Virus record (IMG/VR): IMGVR_UViG_3300021086_000002
Location: 1 to 60,371 of that record
Strand: one strand, 5' to 3'
Source: a virus
Taxonomy: Duplodnaviria > Caudoviricetes
Length of the DNA: 60,371 nt
Made by a program: the position numbers and the translations under genes. The notes beneath the pieces are model-generated. The model was given only the letters and a program-made list of their open reading frames with translations, was not told the origin of the DNA and searched no databases. Within the stretch, counting starts at the first letter, position 1, and every line of letters begins with the position of its first letter. This document shows positions 28,042 through 37,513 of this stretch, piece after piece.

Positions 28042-28334
28042 GCCGGAACCTCCGTCAGGACTTCCAGCTCGGCCAGGTGCATGGAGGCGGCCAGGGCCGC
28101 GCCGTCGTCGCCGTTCAGGTCGGTCTCGGCGGCGCCACAGAGGCAGCTCCAGCCGTAGACGCCCTCGCCGTCGTACCCGTGGCCAGTGGCGTGCTCGCGG
28201 TCGTCGGTGCCGAGCTGAGGGGAGGCGTCGAACGGGGCGCGGATGTCGAAGGACTCCACGACGGTGATGGCCTCACCGAGGTGGGCAAGCTCGATGCCGG
28301 CGTAGTACGCATTCATGTACGGGTCGTTGTTCAT
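28038..28334 (-). CDS. Hypothetical protein (WSCLCG...H, possible Zn-binding)
   Basis: RBS GGGAGAG; first gene after promoter 28353-28401. Confidence 0.6.
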   Translation of the reverse strand: MNNDPYMNAYYAGIELAHLGEAITVVESFDIRAPFDASPQLGTDDREHATGHGYDGEGVYGWSCLCGAAETDLNGDDGAALAASMHLAELEVLTEVPA

Positions 28335-28352
28335 GTGTCTCTCCCTGCCATG

Positions 28353-28401
28353 TTGTCAGGTGGTCCCGTACAACATAGCAGGGAGTTGACGCGGGTGTCA
28401 A
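28353..28401 (-). promoter_or_regulatory. Promoter with TTGAC-N6-GTCAA operator and GTACRGGACCACCTGACAA leader box
   Basis: TTGACA-N18-TATGTT; the leader box is shared with 47392-47410. Confidence 0.75.
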
Positions 28402-28403
28402 CG

Positions 28404-28928
28404 CTAGTTGTGCAGGGCCGTGACCAGGACGGAAGCTCCGCTCAGCGAGAGGAGACCGGTGTTCTTGACCACGACGTTTACCGTGCCGGAGCCGGTCACC
28501 GTGGTGCTCAGGACCGACAGGGCGGAGATCAGGGGCGCCCCACCAAGCACGAGAGCGACAGCCTGGTACGAGCTGTCGGCGAAGCCAGGCTGAAGGGTGA
28601 CCGCGACGGTGGCCTGCGCGTTGCTGCCGAGCAGGGGGACGACACCGATCCCGATGGAGATCAGGTCGCCGGAGGCGATGAACGGGTAGAAGTGGTTCGT
28701 GGTGAACAGGTTGCCCGCGATGCGCCCGTAGTGCGGATTGTCGCTCCACTTCCGGGTCACCCAGTCGCCGATGTCGTAGTTGTAGTTCGGCGACAGGAGG
28801 GTAGTGCCGGACAGGTTGCAGGTGTTGGGCGCGTACAGGCTGTCGATGTAGGCCATGATGTCGGCGGCGTTCGTCCCGTCGTACTGGACGGCGTCGATGG
28901 TCTCGCCGTACTTCGTCCAGGTGACCAT
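28404..28928 (-). CDS. Hypothetical protein
   Basis: DAVQYDGTN N-terminal domain plus beta-rich C-terminus. Confidence 0.6.
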   Translation of the reverse strand: MVTWTKYGETIDAVQYDGTNAADIMAYIDSLYAPNTCNLSGTTLLSPNYNYDIGDWVTRKWSDNPHYGRIAGNLFTTNHFYPFIASGDLISIGIGVVPLLGSNAQATVAVTLQPGFADSSYQAVALVLGGAPLISALSVLSTTVTGSGTVNVVVKNTGLLSLSGASVLVTALHN

Positions 28929-28955
28929 GAATAACCGACTCTCTGTAGAGGATTG

Positions 28956-29000
28956 TGTGGCTGGCCGGCCGGCCTCAGTATCGGTCGACTGGCCAGCCAC
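28956..29000. terminator. Hairpin downstream of the replication/recombination operon
   Basis: TGTGGCTGGCC / GGCCAGCCACA stem. Confidence 0.5.
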
Positions 29001-29039
29001 ACGGTTCCCCGCTTCGGCCGGACTGGATCTCCGTTACGG

Positions 29040-29261
29040 TCAGACCCGCTCGAAGTCCATGGTGTGCATCCAGTCCTCCGCGCCGGACAGCGGGTCCCGG
29101 AACCGGAAGACCTGGCCGTCTCCCATGTCGCAGCCGTCACCAGGTCGGTACCCGTGTGGCGGGTCGTAGTGGGGCTCGTCGCAGGGCTTGATCTCCAGCA
29201 CCTCGACCACGAACGGGACGGCGTCCATCTGGACCCTGTCGCCGATCTTGAATTTAGACAT
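29040..29261 (-). CDS. Hypothetical protein
   Basis: MSKFKIGDRV start; RBS AAGGAG. Confidence 0.6.
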   Translation of the reverse strand: MSKFKIGDRVQMDAVPFVVEVLEIKPCDEPHYDPPHGYRPGDGCDMGDGQVFRFRDPLSGAEDWMHTMDFERV

Positions 29262-29754
29262 CTGACTCTCCTTCATCTGGAGCGAACAGCTCGGCCACGC
29301 CGGGCAGCGTGTCGCCGCCCTGGAGTACCGCCCGTGCCCGGCGTGCCAGGGCGTTCCGCACGCTCGCGTCGAGCGTCACCGCAACATGGCTTAGGGCGCC
29401 CCCAGTGATCATGGTCGTGCCCGGCGGCACGTCCCGGCCGCCGGTCCTGATCTCCGCGTACAGCGCCTCTCGCCGCGCCCGGAGCCACTCCGGATTGCGC
29501 ACCGTCAGTACCTCGACCACCTCGGTGGGGTGCAGGAGACGCAGCCATTCCAGGAACGCCTGATCGTCCGTTACCGCCAGTGTGTCCTGACGGATGCTGG
29601 CCGAGACGCTACCGAAGGGCAGCCGCGCGGACAGAGCTGTCTCGTTGTGCTCCAGCTCGTACCGGGCATCCCCTTCCAGCAGCTCCTTCGCCGCCTCGCT
29701 CAGGGCTCTGCCGTAGGCGTAGACGCGGGCCAGGTCGGCGCGGTTGAACGTCAT
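29254..29754 (-). CDS. Hypothetical protein coupled to the ERF gene
   Basis: VTDDQAFLEWL...P.EV...VPPG motif, common in recombination modules. Confidence 0.6.
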   Translation of the reverse strand: MTFNRADLARVYAYGRALSEAAKELLEGDARYELEHNETALSARLPFGSVSASIRQDTLAVTDDQAFLEWLRLLHPTEVVEVLTVRNPEWLRARREALYAEIRTGGRDVPPGTTMITGGALSHVAVTLDASVRNALARRARAVLQGGDTLPGVAELFAPDEGESDV

Positions 29755-31316
29755 TTCCGTCCACCACCCAGAGCGGTGCGCCGGGTGGCCACGGCCGCGT
29801 AGATCGGTCGGCTGCTGTCAGCGGTGAGCACCTGCGCCCGGAGCATCTCCCCCAGCTCGGTCCGGAGAACGTCCAGCCCGCGCTCATCCAGCGCCAGTTC
29901 GGCACGCCAGAGCAGGCCATTGATCGAACGCTGGTCTTCAGGCCGCTCGCGCAGCAGCGCCTGAAGACCAAGGCGCTCCTGCGCGTCGACTTCTCCTCGC
30001 TCGAATGCCCCATCGAGATCCATCAGAGCCTCCGTGGTGCCGGCCCCATACGACCAGATCTTCCGGTAGAACCAGGTGCCCTCCCGGCCGAACGCGGCCG
30101 GCTCATCCGCTGGCTCGACGGAGCTTTGCGCCCACGGGTCCAGCTCGGGCTCAGGAGCATCTTCGGTCGGCGGGGCGGGCTGGGGATGTGCGGCGTTGGC
30201 GTAGACCCGGAGTGCCTTCTCGCGCTCCACCAGGAAGGCCAGGAGGTGATCGTGTTCCTCTGGCGTGAGACGTGAGGTCTTCAGGTGCTCCTCGATCTCA
30301 TCCAACCGCTCCGGCGTCTTCGCCGCAGCGATCTGCTCCTCCAGCTCAGCCGCGACGCTGATCGACGGCGCGGGCGGTTGAAGCTCCTTGCGTCGGGCCT
30401 GAAGCCGATCGGCGGGGCGTACGCCCTCGTGTGGCCACGCCAGTCGCTCGCTCGACTTCGCCAGGTCCCCGTTACCCACCTCGCGGATCTCCGCCATCAA
30501 CTGCTGGTACTCGTGCCAGGCGTTCAGGGCGTCGATGCGGCGAGCGAACTCCGCGCCGAGAAGGGGTTCCAGAATGCCACGCATTCCGCTCGGAGTGGCC
30601 GCCCAGCGGAGCGCCAGGTCCCGCAGGGAGAGGGAGGCCAGCTTCTTCCGCTCAATGTCCGGAAGGCCGGCGCCTGTCTCGCGTTGCTGGGCCTGCTCCC
30701 AGGACTCGTCTCGCGGCGGTGCCTGCTGGGCGGCCTTGGCGTCGTCGTCGTCGCCGGCCGGCGCGATGCCGGTCACCGCGCAGAAGGCATACCGCTTGGC
30801 GTAGGTGATGGCGGAGCCGATCTCCTGCGGCTTGGTTCGGCGGGGATCCGGCAGGGGCCAGAAGCCCTCCTCGTACTCGCCGCTTGGGGCGTGATGCAGT
30901 CGGTAGGTCAGGACGAAGTCGGAGCCCTGGAGAGTGGGTCGACAAGACCAGGCCAGGCCCAGCTCGCCGAGAAGCGGGTATGCCTCGCTGGTGATGTCAG
31001 CCAGGTCGGCATACCGGTAGGTGTACCGAACTGGCCGGCCGTCCTTCGTCTCGCCGGTGACCTGGGCCGTGGCTTCCTTCGTGATCTTGGGGATCTGAGC
31101 CTGGAACGTGGCCAGCGCAGCGTAGTACCCGCTGGACTCGGCGCGGCGGGCGGTCGGTAGCTGGCGGTGCTCGTCCTCCAGCAGCTTGAGCTGCTCGGCC
31201 AGCTTGTCTGTCACGATCTTCGGAACGGGGTTTCCGGCCAGCGGGCCGAAGGCCGCGTCGAGCTTCTCGTCCGTGGCGACCTGGGGGTCTGGCTTGCGAT
31301 TCACCATGGTTGGCAC
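29751..31316 (-). CDS. erf: ERF-family ssDNA annealing protein with long C-terminal extension
   Basis: YRYADLADI...PQEIGSAITYAKRYAFCAVTGIA...DDDD signature. Confidence 0.85.
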   Translation of the reverse strand: MPTMVNRKPDPQVATDEKLDAAFGPLAGNPVPKIVTDKLAEQLKLLEDEHRQLPTARRAESSGYYAALATFQAQIPKITKEATAQVTGETKDGRPVRYTYRYADLADITSEAYPLLGELGLAWSCRPTLQGSDFVLTYRLHHAPSGEYEEGFWPLPDPRRTKPQEIGSAITYAKRYAFCAVTGIAPAGDDDDAKAAQQAPPRDESWEQAQQRETGAGLPDIERKKLASLSLRDLALRWAATPSGMRGILEPLLGAEFARRIDALNAWHEYQQLMAEIREVGNGDLAKSSERLAWPHEGVRPADRLQARRKELQPPAPSISVAAELEEQIAAAKTPERLDEIEEHLKTSRLTPEEHDHLLAFLVEREKALRVYANAAHPQPAPPTEDAPEPELDPWAQSSVEPADEPAAFGREGTWFYRKIWSYGAGTTEALMDLDGAFERGEVDAQERLGLQALLRERPEDQRSINGLLWRAELALDERGLDVLRTELGEMLRAQVLTADSSRPIYAAVATRRTALGGGRK

Positions 31317-31363
31317 TCTCCTCGGAAGGCTCTGGTCCAGCCTATGTACGGTGCAACCCTACA

Positions 31364-31858
31364 CTACCAGGTCACCGGCACGTGGACCAGGAGATCCTCA
31401 TACGTCACCCGGACCACCGGGATCCCGCGCTCCTGCGCGAAGCCGGCCGTGTGCGCGGTGCCATTGCTCGGCAGAACAGCGAAGAGCGCAACGACGAGAT
31501 CCGGCATCTCAGTGGAGATCATGAACTCGTCGCGGTGGAGGGGGGCCGCCGCGCCCCAGATGGCGAAATCTCGGGGGCGTACGGAGTAGTCGACCACCTG
31601 GAAGCCAAGCTCAGCGCCGACCCGCCCGCAGAGTCGGTCCATGCCGATCGCGTCGCCGTGCGAATGACGGACCCCTCGTTGTCCGTGCCGGGAGTCAACC
31701 AGGGTCAGGATGTCACGGACCACGGACTCCCAGATTCCATGCTCGAATCCTCGCCGGGAGCCTGTGGTCGTCAGTCGGAAGGGAGCACCGGGGGTCAGAT
31801 ACCCGATACCGGCCAGGGCCGCGCGCAGCTTGGCGTAGTACGCCGGTACGGTGCTCAC
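31364..31858 (-). CDS. SLOG-family (YspA/DUF2493-like) protein
   Basis: TTGSR...HGDAIGMD...RDEFM...PDLVVAL...GTAHT...GIPV. Confidence 0.65.
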   Translation of the reverse strand: MSTVPAYYAKLRAALAGIGYLTPGAPFRLTTTGSRRGFEHGIWESVVRDILTLVDSRHGQRGVRHSHGDAIGMDRLCGRVGAELGFQVVDYSVRPRDFAIWGAAAPLHRDEFMISTEMPDLVVALFAVLPSNGTAHTAGFAQERGIPVVRVTYEDLLVHVPVTW

Positions 31859-32214
31859 GCCGCGACCGAGGTGCGTTGCCGGTCCAGATCGCCCAGCTTG
31901 CGGGCCAGGGCCTCCCGGGCGGCGAACCACTCCCCGTTGGGCGGTACGCCGGCCGGGGCGCGCTCGATGGCCTGGCGTTCTCGCCGGCTCCGCACTTCGG
32001 CGATCTCGTGAGCGCGCCGCTTCACGTACCCGGGGTGGATGGTCTGCTTGGGGGGCTCGGGCTGATCGAACCACTCCCGAGCCGCGCGCATGCCGTCCCG
32101 GAAGTCGACGGAGCCGAGCATGGTCCACCAGGCGTCGGCCGCACCGTCGGGAAACGAGCGAGCGGTCATCTGCTCGATGAACGCCAGCATCTGCTGAGTC
32201 TCATCACGTTGCAC
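31855..32214 (-). CDS. Helicase loader/inhibitor-like protein (SPP1 G39P-like)
   Basis: DAWWTML..VDF.D...A.REWF...I.PG; directly downstream of the initiator gene. Confidence 0.6.
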   Translation of the reverse strand: MQRDETQQMLAFIEQMTARSFPDGAADAWWTMLGSVDFRDGMRAAREWFDQPEPPKQTIHPGYVKRRAHEIAEVRSRRERQAIERAPAGVPPNGEWFAAREALARKLGDLDRQRTSVAA

Positions 32215-33223
32215 CTGCGGTCACCTCCTTGACCAGCTTCGGGTCTTCTGTCCATTCCGCGTCTACGATGTTCCGGTCAGTAGTGTACCCCGGTGGCTGA
32301 CATGTAGTCACGTCAATTTGGCCGTTCACCTGGAGCTGATCGAAGATGACATTGGCGCGCCGGCTCACGTCCTGAACCGCCTCCCAGTCGTCACGGGGCG
32401 TGCCTTCCTCCTCCGCGATCCTGTCGAAGATCTTCGACACTCCGGCTTCCCGCTGGTTGCGGGCGGCGTGCTTCTCGGTGGAGGTCTGGTAGGCCGACCG
32501 CCGGGCCGGGGCGCCGGGGCGCTGGTACCGGCCGCGACCCTGCGAGCGCTCGGCGGCCTCCCGCATCCAGTTCATCCAGGCCCGCGACCACACTCGCTTG
32601 ATTCCCCGCTGGCCGGACGCGGCCAGGAAGTGGTTCACGAACTTCTCGTGCTCCGTCCTTCCGTCGATGTACTGACCGAGCTGTTCGCCGACGAACCAGG
32701 CACGCATCTTTTCGTTCGGCTGGAAATCCTCGGGGAGCCGAGTGCCCTTTGTGTGATCTTGGTTTTCTCTAGTGTTCTTAGAAGTAATCTTCTTAGTAGG
32801 GGTTTCACCGGCGGTGGGTAGCCCGCTCTGGGCGTGACCTGCGGAAACGTCGTGTTCTCCCTGGTCGTAGCCAGTGCGGCCTTTCCCACTGTGGGTCTCC
32901 CCGTCCTGGGTCTGAACTGGGGGGGCGCTCGGCGCGGTCAGCTCGAAGTCGTAGCTGCCCATCTGGCCGGTGATCTTGTCATGAATGCGGGTCCGCACCA
33001 GATACCCAGCCGTCTCCAACTCCTTCAGCGTGGACCGAACGGCGTCGCGCTGGTCCGTCCCCTCGGTGATCATCTGCTCCATGGTGAGCCGGTACCCCGG
33101 GGCGTGGCTGGCGATGTAGACCAGGAGCCCTTTCGCGCGCCAGCTCAGCCGAGCATCCCGCAGCCATGCGTTGGAGATGATCGTGAACTCGTCCGCCGGA
33201 ATTGTGCCTCTCAGTACGGCCAT
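32204..33223 (-). CDS. Replication initiator (RepA-like, N-terminal HTH)
   Basis: FTIISNAWLRDARLSWRAKGLL...LKELETAGYL; C-terminal RLPEDFQP...W..AW.NW.R. Confidence 0.8.
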   Translation of the reverse strand: MAVLRGTIPADEFTIISNAWLRDARLSWRAKGLLVYIASHAPGYRLTMEQMITEGTDQRDAVRSTLKELETAGYLVRTRIHDKITGQMGSYDFELTAPSAPPVQTQDGETHSGKGRTGYDQGEHDVSAGHAQSGLPTAGETPTKKITSKNTRENQDHTKGTRLPEDFQPNEKMRAWFVGEQLGQYIDGRTEHEKFVNHFLAASGQRGIKRVWSRAWMNWMREAAERSQGRGRYQRPGAPARRSAYQTSTEKHAARNQREAGVSKIFDRIAEEEGTPRDDWEAVQDVSRRANVIFDQLQVNGQIDVTTCQPPGYTTDRNIVDAEWTEDPKLVKEVTAGAT

Positions 33224-33308
33224 GGGGCTGTGATACCTTCCTCTACGGGGTTTGTGAATTGGTGGATCAGCGAAGGCCCGGTGTCAGGGAAGAGGCGCCG
33301 GGCCTTCG

Positions 33309-33677
33309 CTATGCCGCCGTTCGAGGCCGACGGGCCACGCCGCGCGGCCACCGGCGGGTGTCGATCAGCCAGGGCAGCACGACGGAGATCGCGCGCCAGC
33401 GCGGCTTTGGGAGGAAGCCCGTCTCCTCCTTCGACGCCGTCCGAGATGGCTGCGGGAACGGTACCCGCAGCTTTCCCTTGCCGGTGTAGTTCGGCCGTGA
33501 GCGCTGGCGCCAGACCTCGATCGTGTTCTTCGGCAGGCCGGCCAGCTCGGCGATCTGCGCGAGGTCAATCAGCGGGTCGGGGGCGGCCTCGGTGTCGATG
33601 CCGATGACCTCCCGCAGGACCCGCAGGGCTTCGGCGCGGTCGGTGGCCGTGACGACCGATTGCGCGTTGTCTCCCAT
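33309..33677 (-). CDS. HTH DNA-binding protein (possible repressor)
   Basis: LIDLAQIAELAGLPKNTIEVWRQR...FPQP...PRW; at the divergence point. Confidence 0.65.
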   Translation of the reverse strand: MGDNAQSVVTATDRAEALRVLREVIGIDTEAAPDPLIDLAQIAELAGLPKNTIEVWRQRSRPNYTGKGKLRVPFPQPSRTASKEETGFLPKPRWRAISVVLPWLIDTRRWPRGVARRPRTAA

Positions 33678-33774
33678 GTGATCCTCCGTGTCATGTTATC
33701 CTTGACATGTACCTCCCCATCATACAATCATGGAGCGGAGCGGTGGGCAAGAACCTCATACCCCGGGAGGCATC

Positions 33775-34185
33775 ATGCGACTCGACCTGGCAAAAGACAT
33801 CGTGCGCGCCCGCTGCTTCGGCCGCTGCGAGGGCTGCGGTACCTACGGCGACGTAGAGGTGCATCACCGCAAGGCCCGAGGGATGGGTGGCGTATCGCGG
33901 CGAGAGGCCGAGAGCGCCAACGATCCGCGCAACCTGCTGGCCCTGTGCCGGCAGTGTCACGCGGCGACGGAGCACGCCGACACCTGGCGTGAATGCGAGA
34001 CGAAGGGCTGGCGCGTCGAGCACGGCCAGCGGACCCCCTTCGAAGTGCCGTGCCTGATCTACACCGTCCAGGGATTCGGATGGTGGGAGCTGGACGAACA
34101 CGGCGGCTATCACTGGCTCGACCTGTCGCCAACCTGGCGGCTGACCTGGCAAGAGGGAGAGGGAAATGGGAGCACGACTGAGTGA
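33775..34185 (+). CDS. HNH endonuclease
   Basis: CEGC...HHRKARGMGG...NLLALCRQCH. Confidence 0.8.
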   Translation: MRLDLAKDIVRARCFGRCEGCGTYGDVEVHHRKARGMGGVSRREAESANDPRNLLALCRQCHAATEHADTWRECETKGWRVEHGQRTPFEVPCLIYTVQGFGWWELDEHGGYHWLDLSPTWRLTWQEGEGNGSTTE

Positions 34186-35329
34186 GTTCGACCGCATCCT
34201 GGGAAACATGATCCAAATGGGTTGGGCCGTTCGCAATGGACGGGCCGGCCACAAGGTGGTCACCTCGCCGACCGGACAGACCCTGACGCTCAACGTCCGG
34301 ACCGGCGACCTGAACCGAGGGGCGGCCAACCAGCGAGCGGAGATCCGGCGTATCGGATACGACGAGGCGTGGGCGGAGTACCAGACGGCGACCAAGCGGC
34401 CGGCGCATCCCCCACGGGCCGCCTTCCAGGTGCCCGAGCCGGACGCTCCGACAGTCGGCATGTACACCCGAACCGAGATGATCGATCCGTCCAGGGCCGC
34501 CGATCTGCTGGAGCGTCCGCCGTCACGATTGTCGGACGGCTCCGTGGTACAGCAGCGCAATCTCAGCACGGACTGGGTGAACACCATCTGTGGCTGGATC
34601 GAGCGGGGTGAGTGGCGAGAATCCCCGGAGGGCTTCGTCATCGCCGCTGACGGTGGCCTGCTGGAGGGCATGCACCGCTGCTGGGCGATCGTCCAGACCG
34701 GCGAGACCGTGCCCGTTCGGATAACTTACGGGGTGGATCCGGAGCTGTTCATGATCCTGAACCAGGGCCGCAGGCGAACGACCGCCAACGTCCTTCAGAC
34801 TCACGGCGAGGGCAACGCGACTCATCTGGCCAGCGCGATCAAGTGCTTCTGGGCGTACGACCAGTGGTGCGCGGATCCGCTGGGGGCTCCCAACTGGCGA
34901 CAGTGGCACGCCACGAGCGTCTCCAGTCCCCAGGTGGTCGCCACCCTGGCGGCGCATCCTCGTCTGCGGGACCTGCTCAAGCCGGCGTCATCCATGATCA
35001 GCCCGATCCGGGGCAACCTTGCGGCGGCCACCACCTGGTACTACCTGGCGGACAGGGCGTGGCCGCTGGAGCGCCGGCTCAACGGCGGGCTAGATCCGCT
35101 GGCCCGGTTCATCCAGGGCGTCCGCACCGGCGAAATGATGGCCAAGGGTGATCCCGTGCTGGCGTTGCGGGACTGGATCAGCAACCAGCGCGGCCATCGC
35201 GCGGTCGACAAGCGCGAACGTCAACTGCTGGGCCTGATCAAAGCCTGGAACCTGACGGTCCGGGAACGCGAGATGAACAAGATGGTCATTGGTGTATCGG
35301 AGGACATGCAGAAGTTGGTCACCGGCTGA
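34166..35329 (+). CDS. HicA-like N-terminal domain fused to a ParB/Srx-like domain
   Basis: GWAVRNGRAGHKVVTSP; QRNLS...GEW...LLEGMHRCWAIV...GRRRT. Confidence 0.6.
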   Translation: MGARLSEFDRILGNMIQMGWAVRNGRAGHKVVTSPTGQTLTLNVRTGDLNRGAANQRAEIRRIGYDEAWAEYQTATKRPAHPPRAAFQVPEPDAPTVGMYTRTEMIDPSRAADLLERPPSRLSDGSVVQQRNLSTDWVNTICGWIERGEWRESPEGFVIAADGGLLEGMHRCWAIVQTGETVPVRITYGVDPELFMILNQGRRRTTANVLQTHGEGNATHLASAIKCFWAYDQWCADPLGAPNWRQWHATSVSSPQVVATLAAHPRLRDLLKPASSMISPIRGNLAAATTWYYLADRAWPLERRLNGGLDPLARFIQGVRTGEMMAKGDPVLALRDWISNQRGHRAVDKRERQLLGLIKAWNLTVREREMNKMVIGVSEDMQKLVTG

Positions 35330-35335
35330 CTCAGT

Positions 35336-35365
35336 GGGCGCCCGGACTTCGCGGTCCGGGCGCCC
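35336..35365 (+). terminator. Hairpin
   Basis: GGGCGCCCGGAC-TTCGCG-GTCCGGGCGCCC. Confidence 0.65.
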
Positions 35366-35452
35366 GAACGCTGGTGTCGAACCTTGACCGCCCGCCCTTC
35401 GCTCCCCGTACGGTGGGGACTCCAGACGAGACCCAAGGGACAGGAGAAGTAC

Positions 35453-35926
35453 GTGGAATTGATCCGAACTTTCCTGCTTGTCGTAATCGCTCTGACTGCT
35501 CTCATCGCGCCGTGGCCGCTGCTCGGTCGGCTGATCCAGGGCCGCCGTGCTCGTGTCGGAACCGAGGCGGTCGCCGCGTTGGCCGAGATCCGACAGGGTC
35601 CATCACGAGCCAGCCTGACGCCGTTCCTCCCCTCGCTGCCGGTCCGGCCTGAGATGCCCGGCCTGGCTCGCTACGAAGCGCTCGTCGGCGCGGCGTACGA
35701 GACGGCGCTGACCAACATCAGCGACGCGCTGAGGCGCTTCGCGCCGGACTTCGACGCAACCAAGGTCAAGGCCCTGCCGTCCATCGAGGTGGCGATGATC
35801 CGATTGCGGGCCGGCTTCCTGGAGCCCGTCAACGCGTATCGGCCAGCCACCACTGAGACGGTGAGCTGGAACTTTCGTGAGCTGTGGACGCTCCTGGCGG
35901 CCGAAGACGCGGCGCTCCGTGCTTGA
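35453..35926 (+). CDS. Membrane-anchored hypothetical protein
   Basis: RBS AGGAG; N-terminal TM. Confidence 0.5.
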   Translation: MELIRTFLLVVIALTALIAPWPLLGRLIQGRRARVGTEAVAALAEIRQGPSRASLTPFLPSLPVRPEMPGLARYEALVGAAYETALTNISDALRRFAPDFDATKVKALPSIEVAMIRLRAGFLEPVNAYRPATTETVSWNFRELWTLLAAEDAALRA

Positions 35927-35965
35927 CTGTTCCAGGTAGAGCTGTGTACAGTCCTACCTGACAGG
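35923..35965 (+). promoter_or_regulatory. Promoter
   Basis: TTGACT-N18-TACAGT followed by ACCTGACA. Confidence 0.65.
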
Positions 35966-35992
35966 CACCATCGGGAAGAGAAAGGACCGACC

Positions 35993-37114
35993 ATGACCGA
36001 CCAGTGGACCGGAACGGCATTCGAGAGCTACAACCCGGCCAGTGACCCGACCGTGGAGAACTGGGGCGCCGCTGTCGACACCGGCGAGCGAGCCATGGCA
36101 GACGGCATCGACCAGTCCGTGGGCGGCTTCGCTTCCGTCCGGGCGCCGGCCTGGCACAAGCTGGGCACGGTCTTCGACCGGCCCGCCAGCGCGGAGGAGT
36201 TGCTGGTGGCGGCCGGCGCCGACTACCCCGTCTATCTGGAAGAGAGCGCGGCCGTTCGCCGGGATCCCGCCGGCAACCCGATCGAGATCATCACCGACGA
36301 TCGCACCCGCAAGGTCATGCGTGTTCACCCCGTCACCGGCGCCCACCAGATCCTCGGTACCGCCAGTCCTGCGTACCAGGTGTTCACCAACCGGGACAGC
36401 TTCCTGACCTTCGGCGATGCCCTGGTAGACGTGGCCTCCCCCAACGCGGCCACTTGCGGCGTCCTGTTCGACGGCCGCCAGGCGTTCATGTCCTGGAAGC
36501 TGCCGAAGGGCATCATGGTCTACGGCCGGGACGCCGTGGAGCTGTGGCTCCTGGTGCACACCAGCCACGACGGCAGCCGGCCGCTGACGGTGGCCGTTAC
36601 TCCGTTGCGCACCGTGTGTCAGAACACCTGCCGATACAACCTCGGCAAGGCGATCAGCCGTTGGAGTATCAAGCACACCAGGAACGCCAGCCTGGCCATC
36701 CAGCAGGCCCGCGAGGCGCTGAAACTGACCTACCAGTACACCGAGGAGTGGGGGCGCGTCGCGGATGCTTTGCTGGACACGCCGATGAACGTGCGCACTT
36801 TCGAGCAGATCATCGCTCAGGAGTTCGGTCCCGCCGAAGGCGTCACCGCGAAGCGCACCCTGGATGCCTGGGACGAGAAGCGGGCGAAGTTGCTCCACCT
36901 GTTCGCTCAGGCCGAGACCCAGGACAACATCCGCAATACCACGTGGGGCGCCGTCCAGGCCGTCGGCGAGTATGTCGACTGGGGCACCAAAGTCCAGGTC
37001 AAGACCATGGACCCGGACGGTTACCGCTTCTGGCGCTCGATGGACGGAGACAAGGTTGTGGAGGGTCCCAAGCGGGCCATCCTGCGCGTAGCTCGGCAGT
37101 TCGCAGGAGTCTGA
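35993..37114 (+). CDS. DUF932 (phage/plasmid TIGR03299-like) protein
   Basis: PAWHKLG...TSHDGS...TPLRTVCQNT...IKHTRN...TTWGAVQAVGEYVD. Confidence 0.85.
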   Translation: MTDQWTGTAFESYNPASDPTVENWGAAVDTGERAMADGIDQSVGGFASVRAPAWHKLGTVFDRPASAEELLVAAGADYPVYLEESAAVRRDPAGNPIEIITDDRTRKVMRVHPVTGAHQILGTASPAYQVFTNRDSFLTFGDALVDVASPNAATCGVLFDGRQAFMSWKLPKGIMVYGRDAVELWLLVHTSHDGSRPLTVAVTPLRTVCQNTCRYNLGKAISRWSIKHTRNASLAIQQAREALKLTYQYTEEWGRVADALLDTPMNVRTFEQIIAQEFGPAEGVTAKRTLDAWDEKRAKLLHLFAQAETQDNIRNTTWGAVQAVGEYVDWGTKVQVKTMDPDGYRFWRSMDGDKVVEGPKRAILRVARQFAGV

Positions 37115-37119
37115 AAGCC

Positions 37120-37160
37120 GCCGGTGCCCCCGCGTACGTAGGAAGCGCGGGGGCACCGGC
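37120..37160 (+). terminator. Terminator-like hairpin
   Basis: GCCGGTGCCCCCGCG / CGCGGGGGCACCGGC, 15-bp stem. Confidence 0.7.
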
Positions 37161-37178
37161 CCATCTGGAGGAGAGACC

Positions 37179-37508
37179 ATGACTGTGCAGTACGACATCG
37201 AGAGTGCCCAGGTAAACCTCAAGATCACATTCCGGGTCAAGCTGGCCGGCATGGAGCCGCGCGAAAAGTACGGCCGTACCAGGTACCAGCCGAACCTGCT
37301 TACCGTGGTGATCCAGGACGGCGAGCTGGGATACCCCACCATGAGTGGTCCACGGATGGTCAAGTCGGGTCCGCACGGCAGTGACATCCAGGAGGTGCTC
37401 TACCTCCACGATATTGAGGGGCCGCTCGCGGGAGAGCCCTGGTTCATGCTCCTCCGCGAGCACCTGTACCAGCGGTACAACGCGGTAGCGCGCGGGTGGT
37501 CGGTGTAG
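37179..37508 (+). CDS. Hypothetical protein (paralog A)
   Basis: PREKYGR..Y.P...SGPRMVKSG. Confidence 0.65.
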   Translation: MTVQYDIESAQVNLKITFRVKLAGMEPREKYGRTRYQPNLLTVVIQDGELGYPTMSGPRMVKSGPHGSDIQEVLYLHDIEGPLAGEPWFMLLREHLYQRYNAVARGWSV

Positions 37509-37513
37509 TGATC

